A stretch of 64,000 bases of DNA. It comes from Burkholderiaceae bacterium (GTDB lineage Bacteria; Patescibacteriota; Saccharimonadia; Saccharimonadales; AQU-01). A model generated the notes under the pieces. The model did no database searches. It saw only the letters and a program-made list of their open reading frames with translations, and had not been told where the DNA came from. Shown here piece after piece: positions 48,678-58,455 of this stretch. Where the stretch lies: positions 11,071 to 75,070 of the forward strand of contig JAYVTZ010000013.1 of the NCBI GenBank assembly GCA_043788365.1. The letters are read 5' to 3'. A program made the position numbers and the translations under genes. The stretch's first letter is position 1, and each line of letters starts with the position of its first letter.

Positions 48678-51046
48678 CCACAGACCTGAACCTAGCTAGC
48701 CTGCGATCAAAGCGGGCAAGACTTGGACAGCGAGTCGGTAGTCGGGGTATTAACATGCTTTGGCTCGGTTTCTTTATCCTCAGTTTCTTAGGCGCATATT
48801 TGTTTTACGCCTATAGGCTCAATAGTTTTACGTACCTAACGTTTGGTTTATTACAGCTTACAATTATTGCCATCTGTTGGCAGCGTTATGACCTGAGTAT
48901 CGATCCAATTAAACCAAACCCCAGTCGACTTGACGACGTAGTCGCACCAAATTTACTCGGCATACTCAAGTCGCCAATTAGTCCGAGGTCATTATGGAGT
49001 GCGGCTATGAAAACTAAAGAAGGTATGTTTTTTGTTAATCGTTTACTTATCTCACCCGAAGACATTGCAAATTTACTAAGCGACAAACCCGAAGACGCGG
49101 CGGTCATTTTGCAAGCTGCAGAAGCTTTGCGAGAACAAGAAACGGTAAAAACCAAGGAGTTACATGGTGGCATGATAGCCACAGTTCTACTGACTTCAAC
49201 TGAACCCGTCAAAGCCTATTTGGCCGAACACAACTTTCGTGACGAAGATATCTTGGAGATTCATGAATGGCTTGACCGACTACTAGTATATTCAACTATG
49301 CCCAAACCGTATTTTGGTGGCATGGGTCGAGATTGGGCGATGGGCTTTACGCCAACACTTGGTAAATTTAGCCAGAATGTCAGTCAAGTAGTCGAATACG
49401 ATAATGTTCATTTCCACTTTTTGGCCCAAGGCGCTTCTGTCGACACCGTAATCAACAATTTACAGCAAGGTTCAGGCGGGGTCGCGATTGTCGGTCAAAC
49501 TGGGACTGGAAAGACTGGTTTGGTACACGCTGTAGCCGAGCGACTACTACTCGGCAAGGACGAAGGATTGAAGCACTATCAGGTGATAAGCTTAAATGCC
49601 GCCCAGATTTTATCATCTAAAAAAGACGAACTCGAAAAACTAATGTTGAAAATTTTCTACGAAGCCGTGGCAGCTGGCAATATTATATTGTTTCTAGATG
49701 AAGCTCAATTATTCTTTGGCGAGGGCGTTGGCGCCTTCGACATATCTCAGTTACTCCTGCCGGTGCTACAGACTAGGCGTGTCAAAATCGTCGCCGCCTT
49801 TACGCCTAATGATTTCCAGCGACTTAGGACCAAGAACGAAAGTTTATCGACAAACTTTTCGGTCGTAACTTTGAACGAGCCACCAGAGGCCAGTACTTTT
49901 AAGGTGCTTGAAGATACGGCGCTAACGTTCGGTGCTCGCAGTGGTGTTTTGATTACCTATGAAGCAATTCGTGAGGCCTATCGTCTGAGCGGTCAGTACA
50001 TGAGTGAGTTAGCTTACCCAGGCAAGGCGATTAGTTTGCTCGATCAATCACTAGTCTATAGCGACAATAAAGTCATGACCGCCAAGTCAATCCAGCAATC
50101 AATCGAGAAAACCATGGGCATTAAAGTTGGTGCGGCTGGTGCCGAAGAAGTTGATACGCTCCTTAATCTCGAAGACAAAATCCACGAGCGCATGATTAAC
50201 CAAACCCAGGCTGTTTCAGCAATTGCCGCAGCGCTTCGCCGCGTCCGTGCAGGTGTCACTAGCCCAAACCGACCGGCAGGCAGCTTTTTGTTCTTAGGCC
50301 CAACTGGTGTTGGTAAGACCGAGCTAGCCAAATCTCTAGCCGCTACCTATTACGGCAATGAGTCAAACATGATTAGGCTTGATATGAGTGAATACCAACA
50401 GGCCAGCGATGTTTCGAGGTTATTAGCCGACGGCGCCGACAGTGCGCAAAGTTTAATCTTGGCTATACGCAAGCAACCTTTCTCGGTCGTATTACTGGAC
50501 GAAATTGAAAAAGCTCACCCCAACGTCTTGAACCTATTACTACAATTACTAGACGAGGGTATGTTGACCGACAGCCGAGGCCGGCCAGCGTCGTTTAGAA
50601 GCGCTATTATCATTACCACTTCAAATGCCGGCGCAATCGATATCATTGGACGGATTGAATCTGGCCAGCCGCTAGATGGCTTTAAGCGACCGCTACTCGA
50701 TAAGTTGATTGCCAGTGGTCAGTTTAGACCAGAACTGATTAATCGCTACGATGAAGTTGTCCTATTTAGACCTCTTAATGAAACCGAAATGCTTCAAGTC
50801 GCTAAACTCATGATTGCCGGTGTCAACAAAAACTTGTCTAAGCAAAACGTTAGCGTCGAATTAACCGACGCAGCCCTAGCCAAAATCACCAAAGCCGGTT
50901 ACGACCCAGAGTTTGGTGCTCGTCCGATGCGCCATATTGTCCAGCAGACGGTCGAAGATTATGTTGCTCCGCTGATACTGCAGGGTAAGGCAAAATACGG
51001 CTCAGTTATCAAGCTGGACGAAAAAGACGTAATTTTACCTGAGTAG
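48674..51046 (+). CDS. Clp/Hsp100-family double AAA+ ATPase with an N-terminal membrane anchor
   Basis: Two N-terminal TM segments and a Clp_N-like region. AAA-1 has GQTGTGKTG and LFLDEAQ. AAA-2 has GPTGVGKTELAK, VLLDEIEKAH and a sensor-2 region. I see no obvious M-domain. Confidence 0.75.
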   Translation: MTTDLNLASLRSKRARLGQRVGSRGINMLWLGFFILSFLGAYLFYAYRLNSFTYLTFGLLQLTIIAICWQRYDLSIDPIKPNPSRLDDVVAPNLLGILKSPISPRSLWSAAMKTKEGMFFVNRLLISPEDIANLLSDKPEDAAVILQAAEALREQETVKTKELHGGMIATVLLTSTEPVKAYLAEHNFRDEDILEIHEWLDRLLVYSTMPKPYFGGMGRDWAMGFTPTLGKFSQNVSQVVEYDNVHFHFLAQGASVDTVINNLQQGSGGVAIVGQTGTGKTGLVHAVAERLLLGKDEGLKHYQVISLNAAQILSSKKDELEKLMLKIFYEAVAAGNIILFLDEAQLFFGEGVGAFDISQLLLPVLQTRRVKIVAAFTPNDFQRLRTKNESLSTNFSVVTLNEPPEASTFKVLEDTALTFGARSGVLITYEAIREAYRLSGQYMSELAYPGKAISLLDQSLVYSDNKVMTAKSIQQSIEKTMGIKVGAAGAEEVDTLLNLEDKIHERMINQTQAVSAIAAALRRVRAGVTSPNRPAGSFLFLGPTGVGKTELAKSLAATYYGNESNMIRLDMSEYQQASDVSRLLADGADSAQSLILAIRKQPFSVVLLDEIEKAHPNVLNLLLQLLDEGMLTDSRGRPASFRSAIIITTSNAGAIDIIGRIESGQPLDGFKRPLLDKLIASGQFRPELINRYDEVVLFRPLNETEMLQVAKLMIAGVNKNLSKQNVSVELTDAALAKITKAGYDPEFGARPMRHIVQQTVEDYVAPLILQGKAKYGSVIKLDEKDVILPE

Positions 51047-51059
51047 TTCTGAAACAACA

Positions 51060-51088
51060 TTGACAGATACGCTTATGTTTGCTATAGT
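51060..51088 (+). promoter_or_regulatory. near-consensus sigma-70 promoter for a leaderless gene
   Basis: TTGACA (51060-51065), a 17-nt spacer including TGc at its 3' end, then TATAGT (51083-51088). The ATG at 51095 lies 6 nt downstream. Confidence 0.6.
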
Positions 51089-51094
51089 ATTTTT

Positions 51095-51556
51095 ATGTCA
51101 TCAACACAAGATTCTTTTGAACAACAAAAATCAATACCGGCCGGCGCTCGCATTTTTGACTGGCAGCACGATGATTCTGATTTAAAAATTCGACCGGTAA
51201 CTCATATTAATCCTGAAGGCCACCTAGCGCACGATTTAGGTCAGGGTATTATAGAGTCAGGCCCGGCTAACCCGAGGGGAACTGCCAGACCAGTTGAAAC
51301 TGGAGAAGGCTTTGCTGGTAATGTTACTCCGATTAGGCAACTTGGTGAGGCTGCATCTGGAAAAAACGTAAAAGTCGTTCACATCTCGTCTGCGCCGAGT
51401 CTTATGAATCAGGCGCCTATGCCTAACATTAAGGCTGCAGTTGAACGTAGGGGTAAAACTAACCCTGCTCAAGGTTTTGTCGCCCGAAGAAGATATGAAA
51501 AAGATGTGTGGGGCAAAACTGGTTCTGCCCACCAAAATCCGCTCAGAGACAGATAA
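51095..51556 (+). CDS. hypothetical 153-aa protein
   Basis: ORF with the promoter described above. No recognised motif. Confidence 0.45.
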   Translation: MSSTQDSFEQQKSIPAGARIFDWQHDDSDLKIRPVTHINPEGHLAHDLGQGIIESGPANPRGTARPVETGEGFAGNVTPIRQLGEAASGKNVKVVHISSAPSLMNQAPMPNIKAAVERRGKTNPAQGFVARRRYEKDVWGKTGSAHQNPLRDR

Positions 51557-51669
51557 AAGTTACAAGTTAGGCAATTAATATTGAAGTCTATTTTCGGCGT
51601 CATTATTTACTATAACTATACGATGAAGGCGAGGCTAGTAGTCTCAACCACCTAGTTATAGAAATGGTC

Positions 51670-52488
51670 TTACAACCCGTCAGGATGCAGGAATAATCTT
51701 CTAGTCGCAATTCTAATACCAGTTGCTGGCTGATCTATAAGCCCAAAAGTTGTTTGTTCTATCGTGTCGTGGTTTAGCTCGACGGTAGTATCATCGACTA
51801 GAATATTACCAGTATGACGCTGAGTGACGTCGTTTAGGCTTTTAGGCCAGCTGCGGCCAACTACATCATCTAATCTGAGAGCGATTGTTTCTAGCACTTC
51901 ATCTTTAAGTGCTATTGTTTCTTCCATTGATCGTGTAGAACCTAGAGGGCGCAAGGCCCAGCCTAGAGTTTTTCCTGGCAAACGGTCCATGACAATGGTT
52001 TCATGGCCAGACCTTGATGACTTAAATTTAGCGTACTGTCTAGGTGATGTTAGCCCCGGATCGTGTGGCGATTGATCAATAGCGCCACGTAGAGCGTTCA
52101 TAGTTTCGAACTGTACTTTTCCTTCTACTTTACGGCGTTTATCTAAGTCAAACGCTTTGAACATCAATCCTCCAGATTTATAGAGCGATGAAGTGTGATA
52201 CTTATTGTAGCTTGGGGCGATACAAGCCGGCCTGACAAGTTCAATTGGAAGTGTTGATTTGTTAACGACTTCCGCGGGCTGAAGGCCGCCGTGCCTAACT
52301 ATAAAGTCTGCTAACTGTAGTAACTCGTGAGCAAATCCAGGTTCATAGGCGACCTTGTTCTTACCATCTTGGCTAAGAGTTAGCGCAAGATTGTCGGGAC
52401 CTCGTAGAACTGTCAGGGGTTGGCCCAAAGCTTCATAATCCTTGACTGGTTTAAAACCTTCTAGGTCCGGTGAATATATTTTTTGCAT
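51670..52488 (-). CDS. hypothetical protein (weak kinase-fold hints)
   Basis: HTGNILVDD and LIDQP faintly resemble kinase catalytic and DFG-type segments. This is not a firm call. Confidence 0.4.
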   Translation of the reverse strand: MQKIYSPDLEGFKPVKDYEALGQPLTVLRGPDNLALTLSQDGKNKVAYEPGFAHELLQLADFIVRHGGLQPAEVVNKSTLPIELVRPACIAPSYNKYHTSSLYKSGGLMFKAFDLDKRRKVEGKVQFETMNALRGAIDQSPHDPGLTSPRQYAKFKSSRSGHETIVMDRLPGKTLGWALRPLGSTRSMEETIALKDEVLETIALRLDDVVGRSWPKSLNDVTQRHTGNILVDDTTVELNHDTIEQTTFGLIDQPATGIRIATRRLFLHPDGL

Positions 52489-52603
52489 AATTAGAACGAC
52501 TAAAACTCAACAGTTAGCACATTATATAACAATTTTTACTAAAATACAACGATTGGTAAATTCTAGATATTTCGAAGTCTGAGGTACAATATTAGTTATA
52601 AAT

Positions 52604-53965
52604 ATGAACGAAAATACTGTTTCTTTGGACGATATTGTTAGCCTGGCCAAACGCCGCGGCTTTGTTTTTGGCAGTAGCGAAATATACGGCGGCTATGGCG
52701 GTGTTTACGATTACGGTCCACATGGTGTTGAACTGGCCAACAATCTCAAAAACGCCTGGTGGAAGTATATGGTCCAGCTGCGCGAAGACATAGTCGGGCT
52801 TGATAGTGGTATTTTTATGCATCCGGCAATCTGGAAGGCCAGTGGTCATGTTGACGGTTTTAGCGACCCATTAGCAGAGTGCAAAAATTGTCATACGCGA
52901 ATTCGTGCCGATCATGTTCTTGAGGAACTCGGCGAACAAGCTGACGAGAAAATGACCGTTGATGATTTAAACACTTTATTTGATAAACATCGGGCAGAAA
53001 TTAAATGTCCAAATTGTGGCAAAAAAGAATTTGGCGAAGTTAAAGCCTTCAATCTGTTAGTAAAAGCTAATTTAGGTAACTTTAGCGATGATTTCGACGA
53101 CAATCCGGCCTATTTACGCGGTGAGACTTGCCAAGGGATTTACGTTAACTTTCCAAACGTTTTGGATAGTTCACGTGTCAAAGTACCTTTTGGTATTGCC
53201 CAAATCGGTAAAGCATTCCGTAACGAAATTAGCCCACGCCAATTTATTTTCCGTACTCGTGAATTCGAGCAGATGGAAATGCAGTTTTTTACAAATCCTG
53301 AATCTGAATTAGAAGAGTATGAAAAACTTCGGCAATACCGCTGGGATTTTTATAAGACTATTGGACTCCGTGATGAGAACTTACAGTGGCACAAGCATGA
53401 AAATCTAGTTTTCTATGCTAAAGAAGCATATGATATTGAGTACAAATTCCCATTTGGTTTCAAAGAGCTTGAAGGTGTGCATGCCCGCGGTGACTACGAC
53501 CTTACTCAGCACCAAAAAAGTAGCGGCAAAGACCTGACTTATTTTGACCCAGCCACGAACCAGCGTTACTTGCCACATATTATTGAAAGTTCGGTAGGTG
53601 TTGGCAGGATGTTCTTAGCTGTTTTAAGTGACGCTTATACGGTTGAAACCATGCCAAACGGGGAAGAGCGGACAGTACTAAAACTTGACCCGAGTATCGC
53701 GCCGATAAAATTTGCTGTTTCACCATTACTTCGCAATAAGCCGGAACTTGTCGCCAAAGCTCATGAAGTTTACGACATGCTTAGCAAAAACCATATGTGC
53801 GAATTCGACGACAACGGTAACATCGGTAAGCGCTACCGCCGTCAGGACGAGATTGGAACGCCAAAATGTATTACGATTGATTTCCAGACACTGGAAGACG
53901 GCACGGTAACCGTACGTGACCGTGACACCACCGAGCAGACGCGAATAAAAATTGAGGACTTATAA
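52604..53965 (+). CDS. glyQS: glycyl-tRNA synthetase (alpha2 dimeric type)
   Basis: RGFVFGSSEIYGG, FRNEISPRQFIFRTREFEQMEMQFF, SVGVGRM. Confidence 0.9.
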   Translation: MNENTVSLDDIVSLAKRRGFVFGSSEIYGGYGGVYDYGPHGVELANNLKNAWWKYMVQLREDIVGLDSGIFMHPAIWKASGHVDGFSDPLAECKNCHTRIRADHVLEELGEQADEKMTVDDLNTLFDKHRAEIKCPNCGKKEFGEVKAFNLLVKANLGNFSDDFDDNPAYLRGETCQGIYVNFPNVLDSSRVKVPFGIAQIGKAFRNEISPRQFIFRTREFEQMEMQFFTNPESELEEYEKLRQYRWDFYKTIGLRDENLQWHKHENLVFYAKEAYDIEYKFPFGFKELEGVHARGDYDLTQHQKSSGKDLTYFDPATNQRYLPHIIESSVGVGRMFLAVLSDAYTVETMPNGEERTVLKLDPSIAPIKFAVSPLLRNKPELVAKAHEVYDMLSKNHMCEFDDNGNIGKRYRRQDEIGTPKCITIDFQTLEDGTVTVRDRDTTEQTRIKIEDL

Positions 53966-54050
53966 ATTACTACAAAACCATGCAATTTAGTTGCATAATA
54001 ATTAATTATTTGTAAACTTATAGTTAAGTATTAAAAACAAAAATATATAG

Positions 54051-55250
54051 ATGGAAGATCCAGCAGCAGTTAACCCAGTAGAAAGAACACACCGCTTTGG
54101 TATTGGACGGCGGGCGCTTATAAGTGGTGCAGCTCTAGGCATGTCGATGAGCGGTACTATGCCGGGAGTCAATGAGGTTTTAGCCGAAAAGGCACCTGTT
54201 GTTGCGGTTGGGGTTGAGCAAGGTCCACTACTAGGCAATGATAATGGTACGAAACCCGCGATTGTCGAACATCATGTTAGAGAGTTTCATGATGAAGTAG
54301 TTATAACTCCAGAAGAGCAGATCGTTCAATCCCAGAATATCCAAATGGAGTGGGCAAGACTGTTTTCAGCCGACCCTAACGCCGAGAAGCCGACAAATCC
54401 TACCGAAATTACTGACATCGTTGAACGTATCAAAGAGTTAGAAAAGCAAGGTTATAGCATCAGCACCATCGAACTTCAGGGCTGGGCATCAATGGAACAA
54501 GACAGCGTTACCGTCGGCCCAGATGGCCGGAATCCTGGATTTGGCGTGCCTAGTGAAAAGAATCAACAGCTAGCAGACGAACGCGAACGCGCTGTTGAGA
54601 ATATTATCGGGCCGCTTCTGGTTGACGAAGCTGGTGTCAAAATTCCGATTACTAGAGTTCCTGGTCTGGAGATGGAAGACCCGTCACTAGCTCAAGACAT
54701 TATGAACTATGCTAAAGATCATGGTACGGACGCGGTCACGCTGGTCAGGGCTTACAATCGTCATCCCGACACACTTTCAGAGGATGCCCGTAAGTTACTT
54801 GATGGTTTGAAATATCAGAGAGTAGTTAATGTATCGGTAATCGCTACAAAACCGGCTAGTTCTAAAATTGTTACGGTTGAAGAAGACAAGACAATATTTG
54901 AAACCACAGGCGTCAATCAACAAGATGACATTGATATGATAAGATTTAATATGATAGTCCCAATTGATATATTTAGTGACCCAGGCGACACGACATCTGT
55001 TCCTGAGCCCGAAAAGGCAGTCTTGCCGGAGCCAGTTGCAGTAGAACCATTAAAGCCGAGTCATAATGGTCCGAAAGATGCAATGTTTAAGGCCAAATCC
55101 AGAGAAGTGTCTAGTAAGTTCATTGATAATTCAAGAAATAAGCCTCGGATTCAGCCAAGGGAGTATAACATGTCTAGGCGACCAAGCTACGCTATACCAG
55201 GATCTCCACGAGGTAAGATGCCTAGAAGTGTCGGCGGTAATCGCAGCTAG
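54051..55250 (+). CDS. hypothetical exported protein
   Basis: The N-terminal GRRALISGAALGMSMSG looks signal-like. The rest is unassigned. Confidence 0.45.
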   Translation: MEDPAAVNPVERTHRFGIGRRALISGAALGMSMSGTMPGVNEVLAEKAPVVAVGVEQGPLLGNDNGTKPAIVEHHVREFHDEVVITPEEQIVQSQNIQMEWARLFSADPNAEKPTNPTEITDIVERIKELEKQGYSISTIELQGWASMEQDSVTVGPDGRNPGFGVPSEKNQQLADERERAVENIIGPLLVDEAGVKIPITRVPGLEMEDPSLAQDIMNYAKDHGTDAVTLVRAYNRHPDTLSEDARKLLDGLKYQRVVNVSVIATKPASSKIVTVEEDKTIFETTGVNQQDDIDMIRFNMIVPIDIFSDPGDTTSVPEPEKAVLPEPVAVEPLKPSHNGPKDAMFKAKSREVSSKFIDNSRNKPRIQPREYNMSRRPSYAIPGSPRGKMPRSVGGNRS

Positions 55251-55298
55251 TTAAAAATTGAGACGATAAATAACAAACAAGTTTGCTATTATATATCG

Positions 55299-56015
55299 AT
55301 GAAAACAGTCGGTATCATAGGTTTTGGCAGTTTCGGTAGGTTTGTGGCAGAAAAGCTGCCCAGCCAGTATAAAATTTTCGCAGTCGATAATAGCGTCAAA
55401 ATTCCTGCCAAATATAAGGCGTCGTGGCGTGAAGTTTGTTCGGCTGACTACATAATTATTGCAGTGCCATTATCATCGTACCCTCAGGTTTTGGCAAAGA
55501 TAAGGCCGATACTTGGCACGAAGTCCGTCATTGTTGATATATCGTCAGTTAAGGTTGAGCCAATTAAGCTTATTGAGGCCGTTCTAGGGTCTCATCAGCC
55601 ATTCATCGCATTTCATCCGCTGTTTGGTCCGGAATCGGCCGCTGAGAGCTTAAAAGGGCACACCGTTATCTTCTGTGAGTCTAACCTAGTTAATAAACGA
55701 ATATTAACGATAAAGAAGTTTTTGAAGACTCTAGGCCTTGAGGTCGTTAGTATGACAGCCGATGAACACGATAAACAGATGGCGACTGTGCAGGCTTTGA
55801 CATTTTTCTTAGCTCGTTCGTTGAACGAATTTGGTCTTCACGAAATGAAGCTAAGAACACCATCGTTTCAACGATTACTTGATTTAGCAGAACTCGATAA
55901 GCGTCATTCTACTGACCTACTGTGGACAATCTGGCAGGGCAATAAATATGCCGCAAAAGTCAGGCAGAAGTTCATGAAAGATATCGAGAATCTTGACCGG
56001 AAAATTAGTGAGTAA
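55299..56015 (+). CDS. tyrA: prephenate/arogenate dehydrogenase family protein
   Basis: GIIGFGSFG (Rossmann fold), DISSVK, FHPLFGPE, ADEHDKQMATVQALTFF. Confidence 0.65.
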   Translation: MKTVGIIGFGSFGRFVAEKLPSQYKIFAVDNSVKIPAKYKASWREVCSADYIIIAVPLSSYPQVLAKIRPILGTKSVIVDISSVKVEPIKLIEAVLGSHQPFIAFHPLFGPESAAESLKGHTVIFCESNLVNKRILTIKKFLKTLGLEVVSMTADEHDKQMATVQALTFFLARSLNEFGLHEMKLRTPSFQRLLDLAELDKRHSTDLLWTIWQGNKYAAKVRQKFMKDIENLDRKISE

Positions 56016-56607
56016 TCTCGTCGGTTCTAGCTTTATCAAGGCTGTCGACTAAGTTATCCCAAGCTGCCGGCAATAGCTCATGTACTCCAAACAAAGTAAT
56101 TAGTTTTCGATTGGCGTGAATTTCGCTTGGACTTACGTCACCGGCGAATGGTGAAGACTGCTTTAGTCGCTGCATGGTTTCGGCCGCCAACCTAGCACCA
56201 CTAAAACTGAAAGTTAGTTCGTGAGCGTAGAGCGATTCGACATAACTATCAATCACCGATAGTGGATCTTCGGTTCCAGTAACGGGATTTATGATTAGCA
56301 TCGGTTGTTGTGTTCTTTCGACACTAGAAATTAGGCCATCATTATTAGCCTCTCTACCATTAGGGGTTCTTGTCGTCGACCTATAGATGCCGTTCTTAGA
56401 ACTGTAGGTCAGCTGATTGCCACCTACGTTGCCACTATTTCTGTAGCCAGATTCATTCGTTGGGCCAGGGGCCATAAGTATTTGGGCTCCAGCCACCGAC
56501 AGCATGCCGTTATGGGCCCGTGTGGTGTAACCATTAACCCTAACCACCAAGGGCTCGTCTAATCCTTCTGCGGCCATTTTTCTTTTTCCCCTCAAGCTTA
56601 GAATCAT
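56005..56607 (-). CDS. hypothetical protein
   Basis: ORF convergent with tyrA-like and overlapping it by 11 nt. No motif recognised. Confidence 0.35.
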   Translation of the reverse strand: MILSLRGKRKMAAEGLDEPLVVRVNGYTTRAHNGMLSVAGAQILMAPGPTNESGYRNSGNVGGNQLTYSSKNGIYRSTTRTPNGREANNDGLISSVERTQQPMLIINPVTGTEDPLSVIDSYVESLYAHELTFSFSGARLAAETMQRLKQSSPFAGDVSPSEIHANRKLITLFGVHELLPAAWDNLVDSLDKARTDEITH

Positions 56608-56748
56608 ATTTAAATACTTATCATGCTTAAAATCAAGTAAATACTGCTGTAATTTTTATGCTTATTTTAGATCACGCTAACTAGACCTGTTTTTGTTTGG
56701 CCCGTTAAGATATACTTGTGCCAATACCGTTAAACTAGAAATTTGAAA

Positions 56749-57168
56749 ATGATTATTTATTATACTGATGGTAGTTGTGAACCAAACCCGGGCAAGGGTG
56801 GCTTCGCTGTCATACGCGACATGAAACCGGCCGTGCTTGGAGCTGAGCCTGAGACTACTAATATTAGGATGGAAGGCCTGGCTATAATTGCCGCGCTTAA
56901 TGATGCTAATAATGAGCACTGTGAGATTTATACTGATAGCGAATTTTGGATCAATGTCATTACTAAATGGTCAATCGCCTGGGAGGCCAGTGGCTGGAAG
57001 AAAAAGGGCGGCCCAATTAAAAACCTAGATATTGTCCAAGAAGTTTGCCCTTTGTACCGTGAGTCAAAAGCTACCCTAGTTTGGGTGCGCGGTCATAATG
57101 ACGACCCCGGCAACGAACTGGCTGATGAATGGGCTAATAAAGCCCGTCTCGGCCAAAAGTTGGCCTAG
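56749..57168 (+). CDS. rnhA: ribonuclease HI
   Basis: IYYTDGSCEPNPGKGGFAV, TDSEF, VRGHNDDPGNELADEWA. ATG 56749 is preferred over the TTG at 56743. Confidence 0.85.
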   Translation: MIIYYTDGSCEPNPGKGGFAVIRDMKPAVLGAEPETTNIRMEGLAIIAALNDANNEHCEIYTDSEFWINVITKWSIAWEASGWKKKGGPIKNLDIVQEVCPLYRESKATLVWVRGHNDDPGNELADEWANKARLGQKLA

Positions 57169-57283
57169 AAACTGACAGAAAAATTACAAAGTACCTGAAA
57201 TATTAACTCAAAATGAATAACGTTTGACGCCCTAATCGCTATAGGTGCAGTATGAAAATACTATTAAATTTTAGGAGGGTAGT

Positions 57284-57862
57284 ATGAGTAAAAAAACAAT
57301 ATGGGTAGGGGCTATAATGCGAGCAGTCGGTGTGATAAGTGCCGTCGTTGTCGTCATGACAGGTGTAACTTATGCGGCGTTGCAAAGCCCACAAGCAATG
57401 CTGCTTAATAATTCAATTTCGAGCGCTACGGCTGATCTCCGAATTGGTACTTCAGCGACAAGTTTTGCGGCAACTAGGACGGGTTTTAGTTTTGCTGATA
57501 TTGTTCCTGGCGGTGCCGCAATGCCGGTTGATGGTAACTTGTTCTATTTAAAGAACTATGGCTCGGCTAATTTAGGGCTGCGTGTTTCAGTTGGGAGTAT
57601 ACCAATTAACACAAGCAATGTTGATCTTACAAAAGTCTCGTTTGTCTTAACTAGGGTCGATACCAATGCTAGTCAAACCTTCACGGTTCAGGCCCTAGTC
57701 GATGCTTATGTTAATGGTGGCTTAACTATGACCGACTCATTGTCAGGTGGCGTAATTGCACAATATAAACTGCAGGCTATCATGGGCACAGATGCTTTCA
57801 GCGGTCAGTCAGCCGCAATTAGTGACCTAGATATCGTGTTCACTGGTACTGGTTCAAACTAA
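57284..57862 (+). CDS. secreted protein with a SipW-type (TasA/camelysin-like) signal peptide
   Basis: AGGAGGG SD. The N-terminus VVVVMTGVTYAALQS resembles the SipW-cognate signal class. The body is beta-rich and the gene is adjacent to a sipW-like peptidase. Confidence 0.5.
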   Translation: MSKKTIWVGAIMRAVGVISAVVVVMTGVTYAALQSPQAMLLNNSISSATADLRIGTSATSFAATRTGFSFADIVPGGAAMPVDGNLFYLKNYGSANLGLRVSVGSIPINTSNVDLTKVSFVLTRVDTNASQTFTVQALVDAYVNGGLTMTDSLSGGVIAQYKLQAIMGTDAFSGQSAAISDLDIVFTGTGSN

Positions 57863-57871
57863 TTTACAGCT

Positions 57872-58402
57872 ATGAAAACTAGATTACTACGTACCATGTT
57901 TAAAACTCTGAGGCTCATAATGATCGTCAGCCTGATAGCATCAGCCAGTCTGTTAGCGATCGCAGAACTCAAGGGCGTCAAGTTTATGACAATTAAATCT
58001 GGTAGTATGGGACCAAAGCTTCATAAGTCTGATCTTGTTGTAGTCACGCCCTTGGTCGATTGGCCAAGGGTTGGTGAGATTGTTAGTTTTTCAAGTAGGG
58101 TTACCTCCGGTGAGCTAGTAACTCATAGGGTTGAAAGAGTGGATACAGTGCATGGCTATATTGTAACAAAAGGAGATAATCTGGAGCTTACTGACCCGCC
58201 TTTACGTCGACAGCAAATTATTGGTAAGGTTGTTTGGCATTCAAGTATTGCCGGCCAAGTTGAAGAAAAGTTAAGGCAGCCCATGGGATTGGTCATAGCC
58301 ATATACTTACCAGGAATAGTCATTATTGTACTAGAGCTTAAGAGGTTGTTAAGGCGGCGTAGTGGTCATCAACACTATTCATTGTTAGCATCCAGACGTT
58401 GA
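57872..58402 (+). CDS. sipW: signal peptidase I, SipW/archaeal-ER type (S26B)
   Basis: IKSGSMGPKL (catalytic Ser), VTHRV (His), KGDNL, and a C-terminal TM. Confidence 0.7.
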   Translation: MKTRLLRTMFKTLRLIMIVSLIASASLLAIAELKGVKFMTIKSGSMGPKLHKSDLVVVTPLVDWPRVGEIVSFSSRVTSGELVTHRVERVDTVHGYIVTKGDNLELTDPPLRRQQIIGKVVWHSSIAGQVEEKLRQPMGLVIAIYLPGIVIIVLELKRLLRRRSGHQHYSLLASRR

Positions 58403-58455
58403 AATAGGACTAGTTTCGTAGCGTCGGCAGTCGCTTGGCGTGGTATGATTGAACT

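Noticed and set aside
54051-54140. Twin-arginine (Tat) signal on the 399-aa hypothetical protein
   Set aside because: GRRALISGAALGMS looks Tat-like, but it starts about 25 residues into the ORF. The S/T-R-R-x-F-L-K consensus is only partly met, and no tat genes are visible here. The evidence is insufficient.
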